From assembly GCA_963799485.1 (NCBI GenBank), contig CAWCXJ010000013.1, positions 64,001-128,000 of the forward strand: a stretch of 64,000 nucleotides of DNA. The letters run 5' to 3'. Shown here in pieces: positions 10,041-20,403 of this stretch (the stretch's first letter is position 1; the number at the start of each line of letters is the position of its first letter). The position numbers and the translations under genes were made by a program. The notes beneath the pieces were generated by a model. That model was not told where the DNA came from. It made no database searches and worked only from the letters and a program-made list of their open reading frames with translations. This DNA is from an uncultured Trueperaceae bacterium. GTDB lineage: Bacteria; Deinococcota; Deinococci; Deinococcales; Trueperaceae.

Positions 10041-12334
10041 GACCGTAAATACGCCACCGTGACGCCGTGCCCACCTTCATACGGCGGCGCATCTTCGTAG
10101 CGCTCGACCCGTTTTTCGTTTTTGAGGTAGGTTCTTACCGCGTCGCGGAGCGTCCCTGTCCCTTTGCCGTGCAAGATGCGGACGCGCGGAGATTTAAGCG
10201 CGTGGGCCTCGAGCACAAAATCGCGCACCTTTTCTAAAGCCGGTTCAACCCGTTCGGCGCGGATGTTGAGTTCGTCGTCGAAACGCGTCGGGGCGGTGTA
10301 GCCTGACTGCTTTTTGACTTTCGGTTGTGCCTGGAGCTTGACGCTGCTTTTCGGCACCGTTACTTTGAGCAGCCCGAGTTGCACGACCACTTCACTTCCG
10401 CGTACCTCGACAATGGGCCCTTTGGCTCCGTACGACTCGACGTAAACGGTTGCACCGGGCTCAAGCGTCGGTTTTTTACGCTCTGAAGGCAGCGGAATCT
10501 TCTGCGCCGCCGGAATTTTCGGTTTGACGTTGCGCCTAAGTTGTTGCAGTTCGTTTAATGCCTGCGAACGTCCCTCAGGATCGCTTGTTGCAGTCCGCTT
10601 GAGCTCTTTGGCACGCTGCAAGGTGTCTTGCAACAGTTCGTCGGCCCGTTCGGCAGCGGCGGCTAGAACCGCGTCCTCGCGGCCCCGTAATTTTTCAATC
10701 TGTTCGCGTAGCACAGCGGCTTCGCGGGCGGCTTCGTCGCGGCCTTGTTCCAGCTGCACCTGGCCCTGCGCCAGCTCGTCGCGCTGCCGCTCCAAAGTCT
10801 GGAGGAGGGTCTCCAAGGCCGCCCCTTCCGGCCCTAGAATCTCTTGCGCCCGCAGCAGCAGTTCATCGGCCAGCCCCAAGCGTTCGGCAATGGCGAGCGC
10901 GTAACTCCGGCCCGGTTGCCCGACGACGAGTTCAAAGCGGGGGGCGAGGTTCGCTACGTCGAAACTCATCGCGGCGTTTTGCACGCCGTCGGTCTCTGAA
11001 GCAAATACCTTTAAGGGGGCCAGGTGCGTGTTGATAAGGCCACGTGCGCCGCTCTTTAAGATGCGCTCGAGAATCGCCCGCGACAACGCCGCACCTTCAT
11101 CGGGGTCGGTACCGGAACCGAGTTCGTCGATGAGCACCAGCACGTCCGGTGCGGCCCGCTCGGAGATCGCCTTGAGGTTTTTCAGGTGCCCCGCATACGT
11201 CGATAAACTCGCCTCGATACTCTGCTCGTCGCCGACGTCGCTCAGGAGCGCCGTAAAGTGCGGCAACGTAGGTTTGTCCTCGGCGGCCACGAAAAGCCCG
11301 CTGTGCGCCATGACTGCCGCCAGCCCGAGCGTCTTTAGGAGCACCGTTTTACCCCCGGCGTTCGGGCCGGTGACGATTAACAGGCGGCGTTCGTCGTCCA
11401 GCGCTACGGTGTTGGGTACACATCCACTGATGAGCGGGTGACGCGCACCCATCAGTTTGACCGTACCGTCCGTGCTAAAACTCGGCTGCGTAAGCCGCCA
11501 GTCTTTTGCCAGCCGTGCGCTCGCCGCCACCAGGTCAAGTTCGGCCAGGGTCTCCAACGTTTCGTCCAGACCCGGTTCAAACGCTAAGCGCTGCCCGAGC
11601 GAAATCAAGATGCGCCGCACCTCGTCGCGTTCTTCAAACTCCAGGAGCGCCAGCTCGTTGTTCAGCGGTACGATACTTTGCGGTTCGACGAAAACCGTCG
11701 CGCCCGAGTCCGAGGTGTCCAAAACGATACCCGGCACCCGCGACTGTGACGAGGCCCGCACCGGAATTACATAACGGTCGCGCCGCAGCGTGATGAGGTT
11801 GTCCTGGACGAACTCGGCGTAGCGGCCCAACAGCTCTTGCAGGCGGTCGCGGATACGGCCCCGGAGCGGATTCAGGCGGCGGCGGATTTCGCGGAGTTTG
11901 GGCGTCGCGTCGTCGCGGACGCGTCCGTCCGGGTCGAGCTGTTCGCGCACCAAACGCAGCGCCCCGTCGAAACTACCGAGTTGCCGTGCCAGTTCGGACA
12001 AGGCCGGGCGCTCAGACGCCAGGATGCTCCGTTTGACCGTGCCCGACGCGTCCATCGTGTAGGCGATTTCTAGCAGCTCGAGCCCCTCCAACACCCGTCC
12101 GTCCCGCACGCGCTCCAGCAGAGGCCGGATATCGTGAACGCCGCCCAAAGACAGGTCGGAGCCTGAGAGCGCCTCGGCGGTGCGCACCCACGCCCGTTCC
12201 GTTTCAAAACGGCTTAGCTCCGGCGAAACGGCGAGCGCCCGCTCTACGCCCAAGGACGAGGCGGCGCGCTCACTGAGCGCCGCTTGGATGCGGGGAAAGT
12301 CGAGCTTTTGCAGCGTGGTGGCGGTGACGTTCAC
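10037..12334 (-). CDS. mutS2: Endonuclease MutS2
   Basis: TGPNAGGKT Walker A, DELGSGTDP, PGRSYAL, C-terminal Smr ILHGKGTG; start GTG 12334 or TTG 12340. Confidence 0.95.
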   Translation of the reverse strand: MNVTATTLQKLDFPRIQAALSERAASSLGVERALAVSPELSRFETERAWVRTAEALSGSDLSLGGVHDIRPLLERVRDGRVLEGLELLEIAYTMDASGTVKRSILASERPALSELARQLGSFDGALRLVREQLDPDGRVRDDATPKLREIRRRLNPLRGRIRDRLQELLGRYAEFVQDNLITLRRDRYVIPVRASSQSRVPGIVLDTSDSGATVFVEPQSIVPLNNELALLEFEERDEVRRILISLGQRLAFEPGLDETLETLAELDLVAASARLAKDWRLTQPSFSTDGTVKLMGARHPLISGCVPNTVALDDERRLLIVTGPNAGGKTVLLKTLGLAAVMAHSGLFVAAEDKPTLPHFTALLSDVGDEQSIEASLSTYAGHLKNLKAISERAAPDVLVLIDELGSGTDPDEGAALSRAILERILKSGARGLINTHLAPLKVFASETDGVQNAAMSFDVANLAPRFELVVGQPGRSYALAIAERLGLADELLLRAQEILGPEGAALETLLQTLERQRDELAQGQVQLEQGRDEAAREAAVLREQIEKLRGREDAVLAAAAERADELLQDTLQRAKELKRTATSDPEGRSQALNELQQLRRNVKPKIPAAQKIPLPSERKKPTLEPGATVYVESYGAKGPIVEVRGSEVVVQLGLLKVTVPKSSVKLQAQPKVKKQSGYTAPTRFDDELNIRAERVEPALEKVRDFVLEAHALKSPRVRILHGKGTGTLRDAVRTYLKNEKRVERYEDAPPYEGGHGVTVAYLRS

Positions 12335-12525
12335 AAACAAAAATTATACCGGTTTGGGCGGCGAGACTTATAGCGAGAAGCTACGCTTGGAACGCTACGC
12401 TGCCGGTGTCGTCGGCCTTAAGGTCAAGTCTGGAGAAGGGCTCAAGGTTCTCGGCGACTTTTCAAAAACACAACCGCGCCTAAAGAGCTTCTGCCCGACA
12501 AAACCTCACCTCTTTCGTTCAGAAG

Positions 12526-13458
12526 CTACGCGTGCCCGGTTCGCAAAATTTCCCGCAGCTCTAAGGTCAACACCTGCACCGCTACCCCCGGCGACGCATA
12601 CGCCGCTAACGCCGCCTCACACCGCTCGAGCGCCGCCAATCCCGCTGCATACGCCCCGCCGGGCCATTCGCTCAGGCGGGCGCGGAGAAGCTCGGAAACG
12701 CTGAAGCGGGCGTCTTCCGACCAGGCTTTCTCTAAAGCGTCGGCCCGTTCAAACGCCTCTTCCAGACCTTTGGGCAGCGCCAGCAGGTAGTCGTGCACGA
12801 CGCTGAGCTGCGCGGAAAACGCGTCCGGATGTTCAGCAGCCTCCAAAAGTTCGCCGATACGCCCGAGCCTGGCTGCCGGGTGCGGTTCAGGCAGGGCGAT
12901 AGGGGCGTCAACCGCGCCGAAACGAACCGTCACGCTCCTCGAGACAATCGTCGGCAACACGCTTTCCACGCTCGGCGCGATAAGAATTACGACCGCATAC
13001 GAGGGCGGTTCTTCTAAAAACTTGAGAAAGGCGTTGGCGGCGGCGGGGCTCAGCAGGTCGGCTCCGTCGATGATGCCGACGCGTTTGGCGAAGCGGGGAC
13101 GGGCCTCGAGCCAGGTGCTTAGGGGTGTATCGGGGCTGTCTTCGCGCGCTACGAGGTCGCCGATACGGAGCTGCGGACGGCGGCTGCGGCGGCCCGTTTT
13201 GGTCTCTAACACCGGGGCGAGTTCGCGCAGGTCGGGGTGGTCGCCCGCAGTGAAAAGCCGGCAGCTCTCGCATTCGCCGCACGGCTCTGCGGCTGCATTC
13301 AGGCAGTTGAGCAGCTGCGCGTACCAGCGCGCAACCACCCTTCGTCCGACACGCGGCGGGCCGACAAAAAGGAGTGTATGCGCGCGCCCGTTTACGCCAA
13401 GACCGCGCAGGGTCGCCCGCGCCTCGTCGTGACCGATAAGGGCCGGGGAAGTGCTCAA
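12526..13458 (-). CDS. holB: DNA polymerase III subunit delta'
   Basis: Zn motif C..PCGECESC, HPD, AANAFLKFLEEPP, TIVSRS; TTG start just after the upstream stop. Confidence 0.88.
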   Translation of the reverse strand: MSTSPALIGHDEARATLRGLGVNGRAHTLLFVGPPRVGRRVVARWYAQLLNCLNAAAEPCGECESCRLFTAGDHPDLRELAPVLETKTGRRSRRPQLRIGDLVAREDSPDTPLSTWLEARPRFAKRVGIIDGADLLSPAAANAFLKFLEEPPSYAVVILIAPSVESVLPTIVSRSVTVRFGAVDAPIALPEPHPAARLGRIGELLEAAEHPDAFSAQLSVVHDYLLALPKGLEEAFERADALEKAWSEDARFSVSELLRARLSEWPGGAYAAGLAALERCEAALAAYASPGVAVQVLTLELREILRTGHA

Positions 13459-13459
13459 G

Positions 13460-14206
13460 CTAGCGGCCCTTGCCGAGCCGCGCCGCCAGCGACAAAGGGT
13501 AATCGGCGTCTTTGACAAGTCGCTGCACCATGCCGACGTCGAAAGGCACCCGGTAATGCTCCAAGGTGCGCGCGTCTTCGTCGTAAACGGCGTAGGAGGC
13601 GAGCGGAATCCCGTCCCGAGGTTGCCCGACCGAGCCCGGGTTAAAGAGCACTCGAGCGTTCGGCGGGATGCGGTAACTTGTTTTTTCTCTTGTTAAGGGA
13701 ATGCTCCGGGAGAGTTTTCGTCTACCGTGTTCGGTAAACAAGTAGATGATCGGGACGTGGGTATGGCCGAAAAAGAGCAGCGGGCGCGACATCCGGGGCG
13801 GCTCGTTCCGGGCGCGCTCGAGCGAATCGACGTAATCCCACGAACCGGCCAAGGTGCTGTGAACGGCCTCCCAGGTTTCCCCGAAGGCGTAGCGGGGCAG
13901 CTGCGCCAAAAAGCTCCGGGCAGGGACGCTCAGCCGGGTTCGCTGTTGGTCCAAAACCTCGGTGACGACGCTCCGAAAAGTGCCGTCGCCGGTGGGCTCG
14001 AGTAAAATCGCGTCGTGGTTACCCAAAATTCCTGCTGTCAGGGGCAGCGTCCGGAGCAGCGTTACGACCTCTTCGGGTTGCGGGTAGTAACCTACCGCGT
14101 CGCCTAAAAAGATGACCTGTTGCCAGTTCTGCGTTTCGGCGTGTTGTAAAACCGCCGTAAGTGCGACGGCGTTGGCGTGGACGTCGCTAAGGAGCAGATA
14201 ACGCAT
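13460..14206 (-). CDS. Calcineurin-like metallophosphoesterase
   Basis: SDVHAN, GDAVGY, GNHD, GHTH, NPGSVGQPRD. Confidence 0.92.
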   Translation of the reverse strand: MRYLLLSDVHANAVALTAVLQHAETQNWQQVIFLGDAVGYYPQPEEVVTLLRTLPLTAGILGNHDAILLEPTGDGTFRSVVTEVLDQQRTRLSVPARSFLAQLPRYAFGETWEAVHSTLAGSWDYVDSLERARNEPPRMSRPLLFFGHTHVPIIYLFTEHGRRKLSRSIPLTREKTSYRIPPNARVLFNPGSVGQPRDGIPLASYAVYDEDARTLEHYRVPFDVGMVQRLVKDADYPLSLAARLGKGR

Positions 14207-14282
14207 GTTCTGCTACTTTATCAGGTTGACAGGCGCGCGCAGTCGTCACGTGCCTGCCAGCGGCGCGGGCTATACTTGAGAG

Positions 14283-15404
14283 GTGACGCGCGCTCTCTGC
14301 CGGAAGCTTTTGTGGACTGTTTTAGGGACTGTGCTGCTCTTTGGGAGTAGCGCGCACGCCCAGATCGTCGTCCCCGACTTCGGGGTGCAGGGTGACGTAC
14401 CCGCTGTTATGGTCGAGCGCTTTATGAAGATTTTCCGGCAACAGCTCGGACTCCGCACGGGTTTAAGCGTGTTGCCGGGGACGACCGCCGCACAGACTTT
14501 GGTGGGCCGTTTGGAACCCGACGTCGCCGCCGCGATTGCTACTCTGGGCGGCGGTCGCTACAGCGTTTCCGGCGAGGTTATCGCGCGCGATACGGGCCTT
14601 AGCGAGACCAACTACACCGTCAACTTGCTCGTTATCGACGCGCGCACGCGCCGCACCTCCGACCTTTTCAGTCAACCTTTGGAACGTACCGACGTGCCCG
14701 CCGCCGTCGCCACGCTGACGCGGGCAGTCGGCGCGTTCGTCAACCCGGCGAGTTTGCCCGCGCGCGGCTCGGCAAGTTTGTTTATCACCAGTGAGCCGGG
14801 TGACGCTTCGGTTTATCTAAACGGCGTCGAGGTCGGGACGACCGCCAACCCGCTCTTGCCGCTTGCCCCCGGACGTTACGAAGTCGAGGTGCGTAAAGAG
14901 GGCTTTTTACCCGAGAGCGATACGGTCGCCCTCGAGATGGACGAAACGCAGTTTTTGGCCTTTTCGCTCACCGAGATTCGCGGCGGCAGTATCCTGGTCA
15001 GCAGTGTGCCCACAGCCGAAGTGTTGCTCGACGGTCGCAGCGTCGGGCAGACCCCGCTGACGACCCAGGCAGAGCCGGGAGTACGCACGCTCCGCCTGAC
15101 CCGGCCGGGTTTTAGGCCGACTGTACAGTCGGTTACGGTGCGCAACTTTTTCGTCTCGCGGGTGCCGGAAGTAAGGCTCGAGCCCAACTATCAAAACCTC
15201 GTCTTCTGGACGCCTTTGACCGGCTTTAGCGTAACGGTCGACGGGGTGGCGCGGCCCCGCAACTTCGCCCCCAACTTGCAACCGGGCATACACCGGGCCG
15301 TCTTGTCGCGGGGCGGCGTCGATATCCCCTTTACCTTCGAGCTGCCGCGCCCCGGCGTCTTTGAACTCGACGTACAAACGCGTGAACTCACCAGGCTCGA
15401 GTAG
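14283..15404 (+). CDS. Secreted PEGA-domain protein
   Basis: Signal peptide; repeated SEPGDASVYLNG..G / SVPTAEVLLDG..GQTP PEGA units. Confidence 0.82.
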   Translation: MTRALCRKLLWTVLGTVLLFGSSAHAQIVVPDFGVQGDVPAVMVERFMKIFRQQLGLRTGLSVLPGTTAAQTLVGRLEPDVAAAIATLGGGRYSVSGEVIARDTGLSETNYTVNLLVIDARTRRTSDLFSQPLERTDVPAAVATLTRAVGAFVNPASLPARGSASLFITSEPGDASVYLNGVEVGTTANPLLPLAPGRYEVEVRKEGFLPESDTVALEMDETQFLAFSLTEIRGGSILVSSVPTAEVLLDGRSVGQTPLTTQAEPGVRTLRLTRPGFRPTVQSVTVRNFFVSRVPEVRLEPNYQNLVFWTPLTGFSVTVDGVARPRNFAPNLQPGIHRAVLSRGGVDIPFTFELPRPGVFELDVQTRELTRLE

Positions 15405-15534
15405 CGCCGGGTCATTAGCGACAATCCAAAGACGACCTCCTAAAGAAAATCTCGTCACAGGCGCTTCGCGAGCTTTCGCGCCAAGCTTGTCTTGAACACA
15501 TCGTTCAGACGCTCTTTCGCTAAAGCCGGTTGCT

Positions 15535-16557
15535 TCAGCCTAAATAATGTGTCAGCAACGTCAAAGACGCCTCTACGTCACGTTTGGCGACCATTTCGGT
15601 GACGGTGTGAACATAACGCGACGGAATGGAAAGCGTCAGGCTGGCGACGCCGGCGCGTGAACGTTGTACCGCGCCGGCGTCGGTACCGCCCAGCGGCAGC
15701 AGTTCAAACTGATAGGGAACCCCTTGTGCTTCAGCCAGGGCGACAAATTCATCGAGTAGCCAACGCGTACTGATCGACGCCGAATCCATGACCTTGAGCG
15801 CCACCCCGCCGCCCAACTGCGTGACGCGCTGCTCGCTCGGTGTACCCGGAATATCGACAGCGAGCGTGGTGTCGAGGGCGACGCCGATGTCGGGTTTTAC
15901 GGCGAAGGCTGCGGTCTGGGCGCCGCGCAACCCGACCTCTTCTTGGACGCTGAAAACGGCGTAGACGTCGTGTTTGGGATTCTCGAGCGTTTTCAAGAGT
16001 TCGACCAGGATAAAACAGTTGACCCGGTCGTCCAGCGCTTTGCCGGTCACGACCGCGCCCAAGTCGACGAACGGTTGCCGTAAAGTCAGCGGATCGCCGA
16101 GCCGTACTTTTTCTTTTACGGTCTCGGCGGGGAGGCCGGTATCGACGATAAACTCGGGAAGCTTCGGAACCTTTTCGCGTTCTTCGGGACTCGAGATATG
16201 CACCGGTTTGACGCCGGGGTTCATCACCCCGACGAGCGCGCCGCTGCCGGCGTGAACTGTCACCTGCCGGGCAAAGAGGTTGCGCGTATCGAAGCCGCCG
16301 ACGTTTTGCACCCGTAAAAAACCGTCTTCGTCGATAAAGCGCACGTAAAAGCCGATTTCGTCCATGTGCGCGGCGAGCATGACCCGCTTCGCGCCGTCTT
16401 GTGCTGCTTTCTTGTGGGCGATAAGGTTGCCCATCGTATCGGTCTCGAGGCTGTCTACTACACCCTCCAACTCGGCGCTGAGCAGCTCACGGATACCCTC
16501 TTCCCGGCCCGGCACCCCGGCAGCTTCGGAGAGCCTTTTGAGCAGGTCGTAATCCAT
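15535..16557 (-). CDS. M42-family metallo-aminopeptidase
   Basis: AHMDEIG, GKALDDR, QEEVGLRGA, RYVHT; ATG overlaps the upstream stop (TAATG). Confidence 0.92.
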   Translation of the reverse strand: MDYDLLKRLSEAAGVPGREEGIRELLSAELEGVVDSLETDTMGNLIAHKKAAQDGAKRVMLAAHMDEIGFYVRFIDEDGFLRVQNVGGFDTRNLFARQVTVHAGSGALVGVMNPGVKPVHISSPEEREKVPKLPEFIVDTGLPAETVKEKVRLGDPLTLRQPFVDLGAVVTGKALDDRVNCFILVELLKTLENPKHDVYAVFSVQEEVGLRGAQTAAFAVKPDIGVALDTTLAVDIPGTPSEQRVTQLGGGVALKVMDSASISTRWLLDEFVALAEAQGVPYQFELLPLGGTDAGAVQRSRAGVASLTLSIPSRYVHTVTEMVAKRDVEASLTLLTHYLG

Positions 16558-17324
16558 TACAGCTTGCCTTTTAGATACGTCGCCGAGTTGCGGACGCTCG
16601 CCACCGGGTCTTTGGGGTTGTCGTGTTCGACGACGAACCACGCAGCCCCGGCAGCCTCGGCAGCGGGGAGCAGCGTGTCCCACGAGAGAGTTCCCGAACC
16701 GACGTCGGCCCAGCCGTCCTCGTCCTCGTTTTCGCCGGGCGGCGCAATGTCCTTGACGTGAACACGTTCGACGCGGCCCGAAAAGGTTTGGAGCAGGTCG
16801 AGCGGGTCTCGGTCGCCGCGAACGACCCAGGCAAGGTCGAGTTCCAACCCGAGAGATTCCCCGGCACCCTCTACGAGCCACTCGAGCGCAGGCCGACCCG
16901 CAATCATTTTCATCTCGAAGTCGTGGTTGTGATAGAGGAGCTTCATGCCGCTCTCCTCGAGCTTCTTGGCGTGTTCACCGAGGCGCACGCCCAAATCCTG
17001 CCAGCCTTGGGCGTCTTCCGAACGTGCACCGGGGTCGATCCACGGGACGATAATCGTGTCGTTCCCCACGGCCTTATTGAAAGCAATTACACCGTCCGGG
17101 TCGTTTTCCAAATCGGTGAGGGCGACGTGGCTCGAGGAGACCGTCAGGCCGTGTTTTTCCAGTAGCGCGTTAAGTTCGTCGGCAGTGACCCCCTGTGTTC
17201 CGACCGTTTCGATACCGTCGTAACCCGCGTCGGCAACCTCGCCTAAAATCTCGCCTAACGGCAGCTCGAGGTTGCGCAAACTGTACATCTGCACGGCTAA
17301 CTTGGGTGATTGAACGTTACTCAT
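16557..17324 (-). CDS. Sugar phosphate isomerase/epimerase (AP endonuclease 2 TIM barrel)
   Basis: QMYSLR, YHNHDFE, LDLAW, HVKD, VEHD. Confidence 0.88.
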   Translation of the reverse strand: MSNVQSPKLAVQMYSLRNLELPLGEILGEVADAGYDGIETVGTQGVTADELNALLEKHGLTVSSSHVALTDLENDPDGVIAFNKAVGNDTIIVPWIDPGARSEDAQGWQDLGVRLGEHAKKLEESGMKLLYHNHDFEMKMIAGRPALEWLVEGAGESLGLELDLAWVVRGDRDPLDLLQTFSGRVERVHVKDIAPPGENEDEDGWADVGSGTLSWDTLLPAAEAAGAAWFVVEHDNPKDPVASVRNSATYLKGKL

Positions 17325-18420
17325 CTAAAATCCCTTCGACAAGCCCGAGTGGGAGCGGCGCGGGGCGCTCGGCGCGGCTTGAAAGCGTCAGCGTCCGTTC
17401 GGCTTCGGCAGCTTCTAAAATACTCTGCATCGCGTCGAGCACATGATACGCCAGCGCGCCGCTCGCCCGGTGGGGCCGCCCGCTCATCATGGCCTGCGCC
17501 ATATCCGCGACGCCCAAGCCGCGGCTGTTTTCGGTATAGCCGTGCGTCAGCGGCAAGGTCGTCCACTCGGACGCATCGGCGCGTTTTATCCGCACCGGCC
17601 CGCCGAAGGTATTGGGGTCGGGCACCGAGAGCGTGCCTTCGGTACCGTAAATCTCGATGCGCGGCAACTCCGACGCCCACACGTCGAACGAGGTCATCAG
17701 CGTCCCGACCGCGCCCGACTCAAAGCTCAAGAGCGCGCTGATATGCGTCGGCGTCGTCACCGGAATCTTCGTGCCGAAGTTGGGCTGACTCGTCACCAGG
17801 CGTTCTGAAAAGGTCGTTTTGGCAGTGCTGGCGACCTTGTGAACCGGGCCTAAAAGATGCACGAGCGCCGTGAGATAGTACGGCCCGAGGTCGAACAGCG
17901 GCCCGGCCCCCGGCATATAAAAAAAAGTCGGGTCGGGATGCCACATCTCCATGCCGCGACTCAGCATAAAGGCAGTTGCGCCGACGGGCTCGCCGATCCA
18001 GCCGTCGTCGATGAGTTTACGGCTTGTTTGCAGGCCCGCACCTAAAAAGGTGTCGGGCGCGCAGCCGACGCGCAAATTCTGCCGTTCAGCAGCGTCCAAC
18101 ACGGGTTTGGCGTCTTCGCGCACGGTGCCGAGCGGTTTTTCGCTGTAGACCGCCTTGCCCGCCGCTAGAATCTGCCGGCTCACCGCGGCGTGAACGTTCG
18201 GAATCGTCAGGTTGACCACGAGTTTGACCTCGGGGTCGGCCAAGAGCGCGTCAACCGTAAGGGCTTTTTCGACGCCGAACTCGGCGGCTCTGGCCTCGGC
18301 ACGGGGCAGCTCGAGGTCGGCTACTGCCGCGACCCTAAACGCCTGAAAGAACTTGGCGGCGTTGAGATACTGACTGCTGACGTTGCCCGCGCCGATAATA
18401 CCGACGGCTATAGGGTTCAT
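17317..18420 (-). CDS. Gfo/Idh/MocA oxidoreductase
   Basis: GIIGAGNVS, YSEKP, CAPDTFLG, WHPDP, DLGPYY. Confidence 0.92.
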   Translation of the reverse strand: MNPIAVGIIGAGNVSSQYLNAAKFFQAFRVAAVADLELPRAEARAAEFGVEKALTVDALLADPEVKLVVNLTIPNVHAAVSRQILAAGKAVYSEKPLGTVREDAKPVLDAAERQNLRVGCAPDTFLGAGLQTSRKLIDDGWIGEPVGATAFMLSRGMEMWHPDPTFFYMPGAGPLFDLGPYYLTALVHLLGPVHKVASTAKTTFSERLVTSQPNFGTKIPVTTPTHISALLSFESGAVGTLMTSFDVWASELPRIEIYGTEGTLSVPDPNTFGGPVRIKRADASEWTTLPLTHGYTENSRGLGVADMAQAMMSGRPHRASGALAYHVLDAMQSILEAAEAERTLTLSSRAERPAPLPLGLVEGILDE

Positions 18421-18565
18421 AAAATGATAGCGCCTCCTTCAAATAAGCTTTACGGGAGCCTAACAGATTGCCTTGTAGCAAGGCAAGACAGGTGGGGCAA
18501 CGCCTGACCAAGCGTCCCTGCACGCACACTCCGCCGGGCGCTCGCTGATTTAAGTTTTGACCCTC

Positions 18566-18593
18566 CAAAGCGTTTACACTAAAGCGTTTGCAT
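18566..18593. promoter_or_regulatory. Two tandem LacI-like operator candidates upstream of the Gfo/Idh/MocA operon
   Basis: Minus strand TGCAAACGCTTT and TGTAAACGCTTT resemble the TGxAAxCGnTT LacI/GalR consensus. Confidence 0.4.
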
Positions 18594-18645
18594 CCGGGTC
18601 GTAAACACCGCCCGGTCGCCCCGGACAACCTGCCGAACTCGCCCC

Positions 18646-18695
18646 GGCGTATGTACTTCTGGCATATGTGCTTCTGGCGTAATGTACTTCTGGCA
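18646..18695. repeat. About 15-bp tandem repeat x3 (GGC[G/A]TATGT[A/G]CTTCT)
   Basis: ggcgtatgtacttct ggcatatgtgcttct ggcgtaatgtacttct ggca. Confidence 0.85.
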
Positions 18696-18907
18696 AGCGC
18701 CGGACCGAGCTACGTGACCGGTAAAACGCTCGCGGTGACGGGCGGGATGGGGGGTGAGCCTTAAAGCTCAGTTGCCGTCCCGGTAAACCTTTTTTCTGGC
18801 CGCGAGCCCTGGCGCTGCAAATAGCAAAGAGCAGTGAGCTCGAGGCTTGTACGCAAAAGCTTGCCTAGACGGACTATCCGTAACCCACTTCCTTTACACT
18901 AAAGCTA

Positions 18908-20371
18908 GTGAAGTACGCCGTAAACCTTGTTTGTACCGCGACGCTTTTATGGACGTTGTGGTCTGGCGCAACTGCCCAAAATCCCGCTCAAAATATCGAC
19001 GAAGACGTCAACGTGTACTTCGGTTTTGCCGGTGAAATCGTTGCCGACGCGTGGAACCCGCTGCGCGTCACGCTCCGCGACAGTGAGCGCGCCGAACTGC
19101 TGCTCGAGCTAGACGTCGGCAGTTTACGGCGTGGCCCCGTCTCGTTTCGCTACAGCGCGGAGCTGGCGGGCGGGCGCGGGCTCTACACCTTTGAAGACGA
19201 CGTGTATCTTCCGGCGTGGCGCAGCTTCAGCTGGCTGGTGCGAACTCCGGACAAGGTTGTGGCGAGCGGCAGCGTGCCGCGCTACCGGGCCGACGCCAGA
19301 CCCCTGCAACTGGTTCAGGGGCCCCAGGCGGGTGCGGGTACCCCATTTTTTGCCGAGGGTGCCAGAATCGTCGAGGTTACGGGGGCCGACCTGCCCGAAC
19401 GCGCCGCAGCCTATAACGGCGTCGAGAGCATCTTGCTCTTGCCGCAAACCGCGCCGCCGACGCCCGCTGCGCTGGTTGCGGCAGCTACCGCCGGCAGCGC
19501 CGTTTTGCTCGGTGGCGAGTTGGGACAAGCTTACGCAGATATTTCGGCGTTGGCTGAGGCCGGGGTGCAACCGCTGGGCGCAGGGACGATAAACCGCCTT
19601 GCTGAAGTTGACCGCACTTCGGTGCAGCGGGCGTTGCAGTACCCTCGGCTCGAGCCCGACGCGCTCCTCGCTACGCTGACAGGTGATGAACTGACGCAGG
19701 CACCCGCGGGACAGAGTGCGACCTGGATTACGCTGCGCGCCGCTGCTTACGCTCTCGCACTGCTCCTTTTACTCCGTTTCGGCGGTGGGCCGGGGGTGCT
19801 GGCGGCGCTGCTCCTCGCCGGCAGCCTGTCGCTCGCGGCGTGGCGTACCCGTCCGGCTGAGCCGCTGCTGCGCCGCGACCGGAGCGTCGTGCTGAGCCGC
19901 GGAGCCCTCGCGCTCCGCACCGACCTGCACTATCTGTTCAGCTTTCCGGGCGGCGCTGCCGACGTGCTTTACGCCGCGCACCCGCTGCCGGTTAGAAGCG
20001 TGGCCGGCTACCGGGCAGGGCCGGAGAACCTCGAGGTCGATCTGCCCACTTACGGCAGCGCGCTCCTTGCCGGCAGACCGCAGCTCGAGCCCGCCGTTCT
20101 AAACTGGGAAGGTGAAGCTGTCGTCAACGAAAGCCAAAACCCTCTGACCGACGTTTTTGTCACCTGGGGCGGTGCAAATACCGGCAGGATCGGGACAGTC
20201 TCGAGAAGTGGACGACAGGGCGACGTGGGGCCGGGCGAAACGCTCACGATAGGCTCCGGCAGTCTGACGGTTCCGGAGCTTTATACGGGCCTCGAGCCGC
20301 TCTTGCCGCCGGGGAGTGTCCTCGCCCGCGACGGCGGTACGGTCTATATTTTGCTGCCTAAAACGCCTTGA
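18908..20371 (+). CDS. Hypothetical secreted/membrane-anchored protein
   Basis: 487-aa ORF with signal peptide and an internal TM hairpin. Confidence 0.7.
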   Translation: MKYAVNLVCTATLLWTLWSGATAQNPAQNIDEDVNVYFGFAGEIVADAWNPLRVTLRDSERAELLLELDVGSLRRGPVSFRYSAELAGGRGLYTFEDDVYLPAWRSFSWLVRTPDKVVASGSVPRYRADARPLQLVQGPQAGAGTPFFAEGARIVEVTGADLPERAAAYNGVESILLLPQTAPPTPAALVAAATAGSAVLLGGELGQAYADISALAEAGVQPLGAGTINRLAEVDRTSVQRALQYPRLEPDALLATLTGDELTQAPAGQSATWITLRAAAYALALLLLLRFGGGPGVLAALLLAGSLSLAAWRTRPAEPLLRRDRSVVLSRGALALRTDLHYLFSFPGGAADVLYAAHPLPVRSVAGYRAGPENLEVDLPTYGSALLAGRPQLEPAVLNWEGEAVVNESQNPLTDVFVTWGGANTGRIGTVSRSGRQGDVGPGETLTIGSGSLTVPELYTGLEPLLPPGSVLARDGGTVYILLPKTP

Positions 20372-20403
20372 CCGTTCCGGCAAGCTGTTGACGAGGTTTA
20401 CCG

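Noticed and set aside
18646..18695. Mini-CRISPR or iteron array
   Set aside because: The units are contiguous 15-mers with no spacers, and no cas or rep gene is nearby.
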